Notes under the pieces: generated by a model | Databases searched by the model: none | The model's input: the letters and a program-made list of their open reading frames with translations, nothing else | Told to the model about the DNA's origin: nothing | Part shown: positions 9,045 to 19,125 of the stretch, in pieces | How positions within the stretch are numbered: position 1 is the first letter of the stretch | How the letters are laid out: every line of letters starts with the position of its first letter | Assembly: GCA_965216755.1 (NCBI GenBank) | Contig: CBDCGL010000011.1 | Location: 3,968,001 to 4,032,000 of the forward strand | Source of the DNA: Alphaproteobacteria bacterium | GTDB lineage: Bacteria > Pseudomonadota > Alphaproteobacteria > UBA7887 | Direction: 5' to 3' | DNA length: 64,000 bases | Position numbers and translations under genes: made by a program

Positions 9045-10900
9045 GGTAGAGCCGACAGGCGGCGGGCGTCTTCGCGCGTGATCAGCACCTGCCCGTCGGT
9101 GACATCGTCAAAGTCCACATCCTCAAGCGTTCGCGTTGTGAGCCGAGAAAACTCTTCAACCAGTCGCGCTTCATATGGTGAGCCTTTCCGCACGTAGAGG
9201 AAATGCGTGTAGTCACGGCTGATTCCCCAAGGATAGGGAAACTCGCCAACCGATATCCAATTGTCGCGCAGCTCGCGCATTCGGTAGTGGAGTGCGGTGG
9301 CCAACGCGCCATCGCTCATTGTGGCCGCGGCCCGCCCATAATCGGCCAGGGTCTTCCGCGATAGCAGTACGTTTTCGGCATAAGCTGTTTGCCACAGCGG
9401 TTCCTCCGCGGCCGAAGTCGCGCCGGTCGAGGCAGGCGGCACCGGACCGAGATAGGCATCTGGTCTACTGCCCCATATATATTGCTCGCGTTCGATCGGT
9501 GTAATCGGTTCACGGCCGGAAAGAACGTTGTCCACCAAACCAACCGGATCAATGAAAGACACGCGACTGGTAAACGGGATGTAGCCGGCCGCGTCATAGA
9601 CCAACGTCACCTCTGGTCCGCCGCCGGCGCGGATCAATGCGGCCGCCATCGGCTCGTAGTGGTGCCACTGAACCCGGGCAAACCACGGTCGATGATGTCG
9701 GCGGTCCAGATGCATGGTGATCGCCAAGACCACCACGGCAAATCCGGCGGTCGTCATCACCGCGACGGTCGGGCCGCTGAACCGACCAATCAAAACTTGC
9801 AACCGCTCAAAGGCCTTACCCGAAGCCAAAAGCCATCCCACCGCAACCCAAAACAGCGCTTCGACAGGAAACTCCAAGCGATGGTGGTAGTTGACCACGT
9901 GCAATGTCGTTGAATTGTAAAATAGCACCAGCGCCATCGGGACGCACAGAAGCGCCACCTGCGACCATGAGGTTCTGGACCCCGCGGTCGCGAGGGCACG
10001 CCAGTCCAGAAACAGAATCAGGGGCGCAAGGTAGACCGCCTTTTTTGCCAGGTTGAGCGTAAAGCGAAGCACATCCGCCAGCCCGCCGAATGCTAGGTTT
10101 TCCGTGGTCTTTACATAAAACGAATTCGGCAACAGGTAGCCGAAGTAGGCATATTTCCAAGCCAGGTAGGCCGTACCGATCGCGCCAACAATTCCATATG
10201 CTAGAAATAAGGCGCCGAGCATGCCGCTATCACCGTGGCGCCGGCGCATGATCGCCACGAGCCCAAGAACGACACCCTGTCCCGCCAGAAACGGCGCCGT
10301 GTCCGGGCGTGACCAAAGGCAAAGCAGGCTGACCAAGGCCAGCGCAACCGCGAGCGATCGGCGCGGGTGCGATAAAACGTGCAGGCTCACCAAGAAACTT
10401 GTGCTCAGCAGGGCGGCCGCAACGATTGTGTCCATGCCCGAATTCACGTGGACCGAAAACCGCGCGCTTCCTAGATACAAGGCCAGTGGGAGCGCGGCCG
10501 CCAGGGTCAACCGACCGTTCAACCGGGCCGCGATTCGGACCAATACCAACACCAGAACGAGGACGCTGACCGTGCTGATCAGATAGGCCCCGGTCAGCAA
10601 CGGCAGACCAAGCCGCATGGTCGTCGCCACCAATATCGTCTGCAATATCGATGTCGATCCTTCGGTTGGTGGGCCATCGATGTTCCAGACGATACCGAAA
10701 CCCCGCACCAAGTTTTCGGCGAAACGAAAGGTGATGAAGGCATCGTCGGGAAAATGTCCGCCAAAGCGCCAGCTCCGATAAGCCAGCGCCAGAAGAGCCA
10801 GGGCAATCACTGCCCACGGCAGCAGCCGCCGTAAGACCAGCCAAGTGCCGCCGGACCGAACGCCTTCACTGGCTGTTTGTTGGGATTGCCGCAGCGACAT
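9041..10900 (-). CDS. GT-C membrane glycosyltransferase, AftB-like
   Basis: DDAFITFRFAENLVRGFGIVWN...EGSTS first loop, SGMD, RPD, PNSFYVK, AGYIPF..IDPVGLVD motifs; many TM segments. Confidence 0.78.
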   Translation of the reverse strand: MSLRQSQQTASEGVRSGGTWLVLRRLLPWAVIALALLALAYRSWRFGGHFPDDAFITFRFAENLVRGFGIVWNIDGPPTEGSTSILQTILVATTMRLGLPLLTGAYLISTVSVLVLVLVLVRIAARLNGRLTLAAALPLALYLGSARFSVHVNSGMDTIVAAALLSTSFLVSLHVLSHPRRSLAVALALVSLLCLWSRPDTAPFLAGQGVVLGLVAIMRRRHGDSGMLGALFLAYGIVGAIGTAYLAWKYAYFGYLLPNSFYVKTTENLAFGGLADVLRFTLNLAKKAVYLAPLILFLDWRALATAGSRTSWSQVALLCVPMALVLFYNSTTLHVVNYHHRLEFPVEALFWVAVGWLLASGKAFERLQVLIGRFSGPTVAVMTTAGFAVVVLAITMHLDRRHHRPWFARVQWHHYEPMAAALIRAGGGPEVTLVYDAAGYIPFTSRVSFIDPVGLVDNVLSGREPITPIEREQYIWGSRPDAYLGPVPPASTGATSAAEEPLWQTAYAENVLLSRKTLADYGRAAATMSDGALATALHYRMRELRDNWISVGEFPYPWGISRDYTHFLYVRKGSPYEARLVEEFSRLTTRTLEDVDFDDVTDGQVLITREDARRLSALP

Positions 10901-10918
10901 CTTATTGCCAAGTGCCGT

Positions 10919-11116
10919 TCATGGCTGAGTCGTCTCCCTGGTCGTGACCAACGCCGGCGCTGCCCCCGCCGCGGTTATCACTCCCATCAGAATGGAAGTA
11001 AATACAGCCCAAATCACGCAGAGAAAACGATACGGCCGCGCAGCGCGGGCGCGCGTCATGTCACTCAGGGCGGGATCGAGCGCAAGCAGATCGGTGCGCC
11101 GCATCAGCACAGCCAT
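10919..11116 (-). CDS. Possible small membrane protein
   Basis: ATG 2 nt after the MBL stop, fills the intergenic gap, one hydrophobic stretch (FLCVIWAVFTSILMGVITAA). Confidence 0.3.
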   Translation of the reverse strand: MAVLMRRTDLLALDPALSDMTRARAARPYRFLCVIWAVFTSILMGVITAAGAAPALVTTRETTQP

Positions 11117-11118
11117 TG

Positions 11119-11805
11119 TCACCGCACGACCAATGGCAACTCGGCGGTCCCTTCCCACAAAAACACGCCGTCGCGTTTTATGAGTTCGGGAAAATGGCCG
11201 GGTACAATCCGATCGGCCATGGCTAAAATGCGTTCGATGGAGGCCGTGCCGGCTTCGACCGTGTCAAAGGCCAAATCACAGCACCGGGTCAGCGCTTCCT
11301 TGGCGTATTTGATCGCGTCGCCAGCCACCACCACACAGCCCGCCGGGTCGGTCGTGAGTTTGAGCGCGAATGAACCAGGCGTATGCCCCGGTGCAGGGAA
11401 GTAGGTTACGCCGTCGCTTACCCGGCCCTCGCCGTCGATCAGTTCCAGATCATGCTTCTGCAATTGTTCGCGCACCATCCATGGAATGAAAAGATCGTCC
11501 TTATGCGGGTTGGCTGCGTAGTCCCATTCGCGGCGGCTTACCAGCACTTTGGCGTTGGTAAACAGATCGATATTGTTGGCATGGTCGAAATGCAAATGGG
11601 AAAGAAACACAGCTTTCACATCGCCCGGCGTCATGCCCTTGCCGGCCAGACCTTGCAGCAAAGCCAGCCGGTTACAGAAATGGCCGACGTCAAACAGAAC
11701 CGGTCCATCGGCGCAGGTGATCAGGGTGGCATTGGCGAGGCCCAAAAACCCATCTTTTGTCTTGAGGTTGTTGCCGTGCACAATGATGTCATAGTCAACG
11801 GACAC
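11119..11805 (-). CDS. MBL-fold metallo-hydrolase (AHL-lactonase-like)
   Basis: SHLHFDH, PGHTPG, AGDA, PGH motifs; GAGGAG RBS. Confidence 0.88.
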   Translation of the reverse strand: MSVDYDIIVHGNNLKTKDGFLGLANATLITCADGPVLFDVGHFCNRLALLQGLAGKGMTPGDVKAVFLSHLHFDHANNIDLFTNAKVLVSRREWDYAANPHKDDLFIPWMVREQLQKHDLELIDGEGRVSDGVTYFPAPGHTPGSFALKLTTDPAGCVVVAGDAIKYAKEALTRCCDLAFDTVEAGTASIERILAMADRIVPGHFPELIKRDGVFLWEGTAELPLVVR

Positions 11806-11850
11806 GCTACATCTCCTCTGGTGCCTGGAATTGATACGGTGTCGTGCGGC

Positions 11851-13368
11851 CTATCCTTGGCCCGCGGCCCAGTCGGGAACCAAGCCGGGTTCGATGCCGA
11901 ACACGACCAAGACAATCGAATAACTAATCGCCGTGATCAGGGTGACGCCCAAAATGTTCAACCAAATGCCGGCACGGATCATCTGGCCGATCTGGATATG
12001 GCCACTGCCGAAGACGATGGCGTTGGGCGGCGTCGCCACCGGCATCATGAAGGCATAGCTGGCCGCCAAGGCTGCGGGGATCACCATGAGCAGCGGGTTT
12101 TCACCAAGGCCTATGGCGATCGAGGCGACGATCGGCACGAAGGTCGCGGCGGTTGCGGTGTTGCTGGTCAACTCGGTGAGGAAAATGATCAGTGCAACCA
12201 CGGCCAAAATCACCAACACGATCGGCAGACCACCCAACGCTGTGGTCGCGCTGCCGATCCACGCGGCCAACCCGGTATTCTTGATCGCGCCCGCCAGGCT
12301 GAGACCACCGCCAAACAGGATCAAGACCCCCCACGGCAAACGGTTCGCCCACGCCCAGTTCAGCGCAAACACACCGCGCCGAAAATCGACGGGGAGCAGA
12401 AACAGCGACAAGGCGCCGATCATGGCGATGGTCGAATCATTCAGGCCGATCGTCTTCGCCGCGTCGGCAAACAATGAGCGGCCGATCCACAAAATCGCGG
12501 TGGTGGCGAAAACGCAAAGTACGATCCGTTCGCCACGCTGCATGGGCCCCATTTTGTCGAGCTCACCCCGTATCACGCCGGTGAAGTCATGGCCGTGGGG
12601 GAGCCGGAAAGAGAACAAGACACGCACCAACAATAGCCAGGCGATGGGCAGCATGATGGCAACCAAGGGTAGGCCGACCAACATCCAGCGGCCGAAACCG
12701 ATATCGAGCCCGTAACTATCGGAAACAAAACTGGCCATGAACGCGTTCGGCGGCGTGCCAACCAAGGTGCCGACGCCGCCGATTGACGCGGCATAGGCGA
12801 TCGCCAGCATCAGCGACGTTGCAAAGGCCGTTTCGCTGCCTTCCGGCCCGTCGCCGTCGTTTCTACTGTTGGCTTGGAGCAGCTGCACCACCGATAACGC
12901 GATCGGTAACATCATCAGGGTCGTCGCGGTGTTGCTGACCCACATGCTGAGGAACGCGGTCGCCAACATAAAGCCGAACACCAGGCCGTGGGGGTGATCG
13001 CCGGTCAACAGTATCAAGCTGAGCGCGATCCGCCGGTGCAGGTTCCAGCGCTGCATCGCCAACGCGATCAGAAAACCGCCGGCGAACAAGAAAATCAGCG
13101 GGTGGGCATAGGGCGCGGCTGTTTCGCGAATGCCGCTGATTCCGAGAAGCGGAAACAAAACCAGAGGTAGCAAAGCCGTGGCCGGGATTGGCATGGCTTC
13201 GGTGATCCACCAGGTTGCCATCAACAGGGTAACACCCGCGGTCCGCCAAGCGGTGGGGTCGAGCCCGGCCGGTGCTGGTGTCAGCAAAATGCCGACAAAC
13301 AGGGCCGCGCCCAAGACGGCGCCCACACGATTGTGTGCGGCATATGTCGGATCCGTGCCGTCACTCAT
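11851..13368 (-). CDS. SLC13/DASS sodium-coupled anion (dicarboxylate/sulfate) symporter
   Basis: SMWVSNTATT, GTPPN, TELTSNTAT, MPVATPPNAI motifs. Confidence 0.93.
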   Translation of the reverse strand: MSDGTDPTYAAHNRVGAVLGAALFVGILLTPAPAGLDPTAWRTAGVTLLMATWWITEAMPIPATALLPLVLFPLLGISGIRETAAPYAHPLIFLFAGGFLIALAMQRWNLHRRIALSLILLTGDHPHGLVFGFMLATAFLSMWVSNTATTLMMLPIALSVVQLLQANSRNDGDGPEGSETAFATSLMLAIAYAASIGGVGTLVGTPPNAFMASFVSDSYGLDIGFGRWMLVGLPLVAIMLPIAWLLLVRVLFSFRLPHGHDFTGVIRGELDKMGPMQRGERIVLCVFATTAILWIGRSLFADAAKTIGLNDSTIAMIGALSLFLLPVDFRRGVFALNWAWANRLPWGVLILFGGGLSLAGAIKNTGLAAWIGSATTALGGLPIVLVILAVVALIIFLTELTSNTATAATFVPIVASIAIGLGENPLLMVIPAALAASYAFMMPVATPPNAIVFGSGHIQIGQMIRAGIWLNILGVTLITAISYSIVLVVFGIEPGLVPDWAAGQG

Positions 13369-13589
13369 GCCCCTCTCTCCACCCAGAACAGCCGTCGGGC
13401 CTCGCCGGTGCGGCCGGTTGTAACTCACCGCGGCGATGCGGTCACGGCCGCTGGTGGTCATTTGATGGTCGTCACAAGCCGGTCAGATCACCATGGCCTA
13501 TGGCACCGGCCGAGCTTACTTTCCGTTGGGGTCGTTGTCTGGCGTTTGCCGCGCGATCCAGGTGGATGAGGACAAGCCAAGGTGCGGCC

Positions 13590-14270
13590 ATGATCGAAAC
13601 AAGCTTTAAAGCCGGCTGGGCGGTTTTTGTGACGGTCGTCACACTTTTCGCCATGCCTGGGGTGACACGCGCCGACCTCGCCGAAGGTGTTCATGCGTTT
13701 GACAATCGCCAGTATGACGAGGCCTATCGGGCATTTTTGCCCTTGGCCGAGCAAGGCAACCCGATCGCGCAGACTCGCCTGGGCACGATGTACCGCAGCG
13801 GTGTTCTGGGCCAGTCCGACATGCCCATGGCGGCCCGTTGGTTCGAGCGTGCCGCCGAACACGATTATCCTGAAGCACATTACAATCTGGGGTTGATGTA
13901 TCTCTACCATGAGGCCTTGGCACCGGGCGTTCCGGCCAGCGCCCGAGCGCTAGAGCGCGTTGCGGTCACCCATTTCGCGCGGGCCGCGGAATATGGCCAT
14001 GCACAAGCCCAGCTCTACCTCGGCCACTTGCTGGCCAAAGGCAAAGCAGTGCGCCGCGATCCGATCCACGCGTTCAAATGGTTTCAATTGGCGGCGTGGC
14101 AGCGCTCTAGCTTGGCGGCGGCGGCACGCGACCAACTGGCCGCAACCATGCGACCGGAGCAGCTGGCCGAGGCCAAAATCCTTGCTCGCGATTGGCAGCC
14201 ACTGGAGCTCGTCGACATGGAGATTGCCGCAGCCGAAACGGGGCATAAGGACTCCGGCGCTACGCACTGA
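13590..14270 (+). CDS. Exported Sel1-like repeat protein
   Basis: Signal peptide; LAEQGNPIAQTRLG, WFERAAEHDYPEAHYNLG, AAEYGHAQAQLYLG repeats. Confidence 0.87.
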   Translation: MIETSFKAGWAVFVTVVTLFAMPGVTRADLAEGVHAFDNRQYDEAYRAFLPLAEQGNPIAQTRLGTMYRSGVLGQSDMPMAARWFERAAEHDYPEAHYNLGLMYLYHEALAPGVPASARALERVAVTHFARAAEYGHAQAQLYLGHLLAKGKAVRRDPIHAFKWFQLAAWQRSSLAAAARDQLAATMRPEQLAEAKILARDWQPLELVDMEIAAAETGHKDSGATH

Positions 14271-14308
14271 CCCGTCGCGATCGTCGTATGGCGTGGCTTG
14301 TGCGCCGG

Positions 14309-14539
14309 TTATTTCGAATTCGCGATGTCTTTGCGCGCCGCGGCGATGGCTTCGGACAAGACCGCGATATCGCCGATGTGATTGGCGAGTAGCAAGACCA
14401 ATTTGGCGGTCACCAATTGCGCTTGCTCGTCATCGAGATCGGCGGTCATTTCCACCAACATTTCATAAAAGGCGTCGCCGTCGGCAAATCCCAGCGTCGC
14501 CCGCAGCGCGCCAGTGCCCGGTTGCCGCGCTTCAGTCAT
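14309..14539 (-). CDS. DUF2783-family small protein
   Basis: DAFYEML...LDDEQA...AKLVLLLANHIGD..VLSEAIAAAR pattern; overlaps the monooxygenase stop. Confidence 0.85.
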   Translation of the reverse strand: MTEARQPGTGALRATLGFADGDAFYEMLVEMTADLDDEQAQLVTAKLVLLLANHIGDIAVLSEAIAAARKDIANSK

Positions 14540-16232
14540 GGTGGCGTGCCCCGGTCGGCATGGTGGGGTCGCGATCTACGATGCGGTCGACCGCCGCCAT
14601 CACCCGATCCACGTCCAGTGCCCGCCATCGACCACAAATATGCTGATCGGGACGCACCAGAACGAAGCCACCGGGATTCAGGCCATACAGTGCGGCGAGG
14701 TGGCCGCCGGGATCTCGGATGGTCTCTGTGTGATCTGAGTTCGCAGCGCGCGCGTCGACCGCAAGGCAGGCGACCGGCACTGGCGCCGCAGACAGGCGTG
14801 CCGCCGTGGTTTGGATCTCGCCATCGGCAGCATCGCGCGGCACCCGCCACAAGCCGCAAAATCGATCGCCCAGCCGGTCGAGCAGCCATTCACCTTTGCC
14901 GTCGCCGTCCCGATCAAGCCTGATATTCGGCGCCACCGCACCAACACCGGCGCCGCCGGGGGAACCGTCGTCGTCGCCCAACAAAGGCGCCAGGCCGGCG
15001 TAATCGTGTGGTCGCGACAAACGACCGCTGTTCACCAGATCGCGGGCAAAAGGCCAATCGCGGGCGAGCGCCAAGGTGGCGTCGCGCAAGGCCTGACTGG
15101 CGGTGCTTTTCGGGGTGATGAAGTCGGTGCTGCGGGTCGAATTGAGGATGTTCTCGTCGGCGGCGCGGATGCGCTCGCGGTCGTAGCTATCCAGCAAGGC
15201 GGCAGGTGCGTCGCCCGCTAACACCAAGGCCAGTTTCCAGACCAAATTGTCGACGTCTTGAATGCCGCTATTGGCGCCACGCGCCCCGAACGGCGAGACC
15301 TGATGGGCCGCGTCGCCGGCAAAGATCACGCGGTCGTGGCGAAACCGCGCCAGCCGCCGGCATTGAAAGGTGTAGACGCTGGTCCATTGCAGCTCAAAGG
15401 GGATGTCCGGGCCCAACATGCGTTCGAGCCGCGGAATGACATTCTCTGGCTTGCGCTCGGCGTCAGCATCGGCGTCCCAGCCCAGTTGCAGGTCAATCCG
15501 CCATATGTCATCGGCTTGCATATGCAAAAGCGCCGATTGACCGCGATTGAACGGCGGGTCGAACCAGAACCAGCGCTGCGACGGAAACGGTGCCTTCATC
15601 CGCACATCCGCAATCAGGAAATGATCCTCGAACACGCGCCCTTCAAAACTTAATCCCAGCGCGCGCCGCACAGTGCTCTTGGCGCCGTCGGCGGCAATCA
15701 CATAGTCGGCGTCGATTTCGTATCGACCGGCCGGCGTCTCGACCGCCAGGTGAGCCGCCCCGGCATCCTGGCTGACGGCGACCACCTGGCTTTGCCACCG
15801 CAAGTCAATCTGGGGCATGGTTTGGGCGCGGTCGACCAAGTCTTCTTCGACGTAGTATTGTTGGAGATTGATAAAGGCGGGATGTTTCTGGGTGCCTTGG
15901 TCGGCCAAATTGAACGTATAGAGCGGCTCTTCGTCGAAGAACAGCTTGCCGGTGTTCCAGGTGACGCCTTTTTCTAGGATCGGACCGCCGACGCCCAACC
16001 GATCAAAGATTTCGAGTGTGCGCTTGGCCCAACAGATTGCCCGGCTGCCGACGCTGACAGTGTTGTCGTCGTCCAAAACCACGGACGGCACGCCGCGTTG
16101 TGCCAAATCGATCGCCGCGCACAAGCCAATGGGGCCGGCACCGACGATCACGACGGATACCTGGCGTTTTTGATTGTCCGTCAATTCAGGCGGCGGCGTG
16201 AACGCGTAAGTGGGATATTCGTATGTCGCCAC
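14532..16232 (-). CDS. FAD-dependent aromatic-ring monooxygenase (FAD_binding_3, MhpA/PheA-like)
   Basis: VGAGPIGL, ADGAKS, AGDAAHQVSPFGARGANSG, VRPDQHI motifs; start placed at GTG 16232. Confidence 0.88.
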   Translation of the reverse strand: MATYEYPTYAFTPPPELTDNQKRQVSVVIVGAGPIGLCAAIDLAQRGVPSVVLDDDNTVSVGSRAICWAKRTLEIFDRLGVGGPILEKGVTWNTGKLFFDEEPLYTFNLADQGTQKHPAFINLQQYYVEEDLVDRAQTMPQIDLRWQSQVVAVSQDAGAAHLAVETPAGRYEIDADYVIAADGAKSTVRRALGLSFEGRVFEDHFLIADVRMKAPFPSQRWFWFDPPFNRGQSALLHMQADDIWRIDLQLGWDADADAERKPENVIPRLERMLGPDIPFELQWTSVYTFQCRRLARFRHDRVIFAGDAAHQVSPFGARGANSGIQDVDNLVWKLALVLAGDAPAALLDSYDRERIRAADENILNSTRSTDFITPKSTASQALRDATLALARDWPFARDLVNSGRLSRPHDYAGLAPLLGDDDGSPGGAGVGAVAPNIRLDRDGDGKGEWLLDRLGDRFCGLWRVPRDAADGEIQTTAARLSAAPVPVACLAVDARAANSDHTETIRDPGGHLAALYGLNPGGFVLVRPDQHICGRWRALDVDRVMAAVDRIVDRDPTMPTGARHHD

Positions 16233-16252
16233 AGGCGTGAGGGTCGCAAAAC

Positions 16253-16270
16253 TAGTTGCAAATGAAACCA
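16253..16270. promoter_or_regulatory. Imperfect palindrome, candidate operator in the divergent promoter
   Basis: TAGTTGCAAATGAAACCA, core GTT(G/T)CA-NN-TG(A/C)AAC; AT-rich within a GC-rich context. Confidence 0.45.
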
Positions 16271-16412
16271 AGCGCCTTATAGCAGAGCCCTGCAACGGTG
16301 CAAAGATCTCCAGGTTGGGCTCGGCGCTGTCACTTGCGCCGGCCGGTCTTGCGCGATAGGGAGTATGGGGTCCGAACCGGGATGCGCCGGGCCGCCTCCG
16401 ACAAAGGGATGA

Positions 16413-17369
16413 TTGATGGCTAAGGAATTTGCCTCGCGTGGCGACATGGAAGACAAAGTCGGCACATTTAGCGAACTGGCCGATGGCGTTTATGCCTATA
16501 CGACTGAGGGCGACCCCAATACCGGCGTGGTCATCGGTGACGAGTCGGTCCTGGTCATGGACGCACGTGCGACGCCGGTCCAGGCGCAAGAGTTAATCGA
16601 CGTTATTCGCACAGTGACCGATAAACCGATCGACTATGTCGTGCTCAGCCATTATCACGCCGTCCGCGTGCTCGGTGCGTCGGCGTATGGGGCGCGCCAT
16701 ATTATCGCCAGCGAAATGACCCGCGATCTGGTTGCCGAACGGGGCCAGCAGGATTTCGATTCGGAAGTCGGTCGCTTTCCGCGGCTGTTCAAAGCGGTCG
16801 AATCGGTTCCCGGCCTGACTTGGCCGACCATGACATTTCCGGACAAGATGACCCTCTATCTAGGCGCGCGCGAAGTCCAGCTTATGCATCTGGGCAAGGG
16901 CCATACCAAGGGCGACATTGTTGCCTGGTTGCCGAAGGAAAAAGTCTGCTTCAGTGGCGACTTGGTCGAATATGGCGCGACACCTTATGCCGGCGATGCC
17001 TATCCCAGCGAATGGCCGGACACGTTGGAGCGCGTGCGCGCATTGGGTGCTGAAAAGATGGTTCCGGGGCGCGGCGACGCCCTGGTGACCCCGTCGACCG
17101 TCAACGAGGCCATCGATCAAACGCAAGCGTTTGTCAAAGCTCTGCACGATAGCGTCCGCGATGGTGTCGCCGCCGGACATGACCTTAAGACCGTGTTCGA
17201 CGCCACCCGCGATGTCCTGAAGCCACGTTTCGGCGACTGGGTGATTTTTGAACATTGCCTGCCGTTCGACATCAGTCGTGCCTATGACGAGGCCAAAGGC
17301 ATTGTCGATCCACGCATTTGGACCGATCAGCGCGATCGGGAAATGTGGGCGGCCTTGCAGGACGGCTAG
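16413..17369 (+). CDS. MBL-fold metallo-hydrolase (cyclase-like), degenerate metal motif
   Basis: SHYHAVR in place of HxHxDH; GHTKGD, SGDL, PGRG. Confidence 0.85.
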   Translation: MMAKEFASRGDMEDKVGTFSELADGVYAYTTEGDPNTGVVIGDESVLVMDARATPVQAQELIDVIRTVTDKPIDYVVLSHYHAVRVLGASAYGARHIIASEMTRDLVAERGQQDFDSEVGRFPRLFKAVESVPGLTWPTMTFPDKMTLYLGAREVQLMHLGKGHTKGDIVAWLPKEKVCFSGDLVEYGATPYAGDAYPSEWPDTLERVRALGAEKMVPGRGDALVTPSTVNEAIDQTQAFVKALHDSVRDGVAAGHDLKTVFDATRDVLKPRFGDWVIFEHCLPFDISRAYDEAKGIVDPRIWTDQRDREMWAALQDG

Positions 17370-17407
17370 AGTTGAATCCACGAAACGCGGCGGAATAGGG
17401 GACACGC

Positions 17408-19093
17408 TTGGCGAGCCATCAATATGTCTTTGTGATGAACGGCCTGAACAAAGTGTATTCGGGCGGTCGCCAGGTGCTGAAAGATGTGCGCCTGTCGTTT
17501 CTGCCGGGCGCCAAAATAGGTGTTCTGGGGGCAAACGGGGCTGGAAAGTCGACTTTGTTGCGGATCATGGCCGGCACGGACACCGACTTTGACGGTGAGG
17601 CGTGGGCGGCGGAAGGCTTGCGGGTCGGTTTTCTGCCCCAGGAACCGGTTTTGGACGATACCAAAACAGTGCTTGAGAACGTGACCGAGGGGGTCGCGGA
17701 GACCAAGGGGCTGTTGGACCAATTCGAGGCGGTCAGCGCCAAATTCGCCGAAGTGAGCGACGACGACGAAATGGCGGCGTTGCTGGACGAACAAGCGACG
17801 TTGCAGGAACGCATTGACGCCGCTGATGCTTGGGAACTTGACCGGCAGATCGATATTGCGCTGGACGCATTGCGCTGTCCGCCGAGCGGGTCGCCGGTTG
17901 ACAGTCTGTCCGGCGGTGAGCGGCGGCGCGTGGCCTTGTGCCGCCTGTTGCTGTCGCGCCCGGACATGCTACTGCTCGACGAACCCACCAACCATTTGGA
18001 TGCCGAGTCGGTCGCCTGGTTGGAACGCTTTCTGGACGATTATGAGGGCACCGTGGTGGCGGTCACCCATGATCGCTATTTTCTGGACAACGTCGCCGGC
18101 TGGATCCTGGAGATCGACCGCGGTCACTGCATTCCCTGGCAGGGCAACTACTCGTCGTGGCTGGACCAAAAGGAAAAGCGGCTGGCTCAGGAAGCGCGCG
18201 AGGACGTGGCACGCCGACGCACGCTGAAAGGTGAGCTGGAGTGGATTCAGGCCAGTCCGCGTGCCCGCCAAGCCAAGGCGAAAGCGCGCATTACGGCCTA
18301 TGAATCGCTGCTCGCCGAAGCCGATGCCCGTGAGTCCCGCGCTGGCCCGGCGCAGATCACGATCCCGCCAGGCCCGCGCCTTGGCGATGTCGTTATCGAG
18401 GCCGACAAGGTCTCCAAGGCGTTTGCCGACAAGTTCCTTATCGACGGGCTTTCGTTCCAGTTGCCGCCCGGTGCCATTGTTGGCGTGATTGGCCCGAACG
18501 GTGCTGGCAAGACGACCCTGTTTCGCATGATTGTGCGGCAGGAAACGCCTGATTCCGGGACATTGCGTCTTGGTGATACCGTCCAACTGGGATATGTCGA
18601 CCAGTCGCGCGAAAGCCTGGATCCCAAACGCTCGGTCTGGGAGGAGATCTCTGACGGTCTGGATACAATCGCGCTGGGCAAACGCGAGGTCAACAGCCGC
18701 GCTTACGTGTCCTGGTTTAACTTCAAGGGCGCCGACCAGCAGAAGCCTGTGGGGGTGTTGTCGGGCGGCGAACGAAATCGCGTCCATTTGGCGAAGATGC
18801 TCAGGTCCGGCGCCAATGTGTTGCTTTTGGATGAGCCGACCAATGATCTTGATGTCGAAACCCTGCGCGCGCTAGAGGAGGGGTTGGAGTCCTTTGCCGG
18901 TTGCGTCGTGGTGATCAGCCATGACCGTTGGTTCTTGGATCGGATCGCGACCCATATTCTGGCGTTTGAAGGCGATAGCCATGTCGAGTGGTTTGAGGGC
19001 AACTACGCTGACTACGAAGCCGACCGCCGCCACCGCATGGGCGACGACGCCGATCAGCCACATCGGATTCGCTATAAGCCGATTTCGCGTTAG
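17408..19093 (+). CDS. ettA: Energy-dependent translational throttle ABC-F protein EttA
   Basis: [20 protein letters not shown], tandem ABC domains, RQAKAKAR linker, FEGNY, PHRIRYK C-terminus. Confidence 0.95.
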   Translation: MASHQYVFVMNGLNKVYSGGRQVLKDVRLSFLPGAKIGVLGANGAGKSTLLRIMAGTDTDFDGEAWAAEGLRVGFLPQEPVLDDTKTVLENVTEGVAETKGLLDQFEAVSAKFAEVSDDDEMAALLDEQATLQERIDAADAWELDRQIDIALDALRCPPSGSPVDSLSGGERRRVALCRLLLSRPDMLLLDEPTNHLDAESVAWLERFLDDYEGTVVAVTHDRYFLDNVAGWILEIDRGHCIPWQGNYSSWLDQKEKRLAQEAREDVARRRTLKGELEWIQASPRARQAKAKARITAYESLLAEADARESRAGPAQITIPPGPRLGDVVIEADKVSKAFADKFLIDGLSFQLPPGAIVGVIGPNGAGKTTLFRMIVRQETPDSGTLRLGDTVQLGYVDQSRESLDPKRSVWEEISDGLDTIALGKREVNSRAYVSWFNFKGADQQKPVGVLSGGERNRVHLAKMLRSGANVLLLDEPTNDLDVETLRALEEGLESFAGCVVVISHDRWFLDRIATHILAFEGDSHVEWFEGNYADYEADRRHRMGDDADQPHRIRYKPISR

Positions 19094-19125
19094 GTGGCTC
19101 GCCCAGACCGGGCGATTGGGCCGGT

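Noticed and set aside
11383-12477. Long antisense or alternate-frame ORFs (also 27441-28892, 44006-45127, 50067-51188)
   Set aside because: Shadows of well-supported genes in high-GC DNA, with no protein motifs
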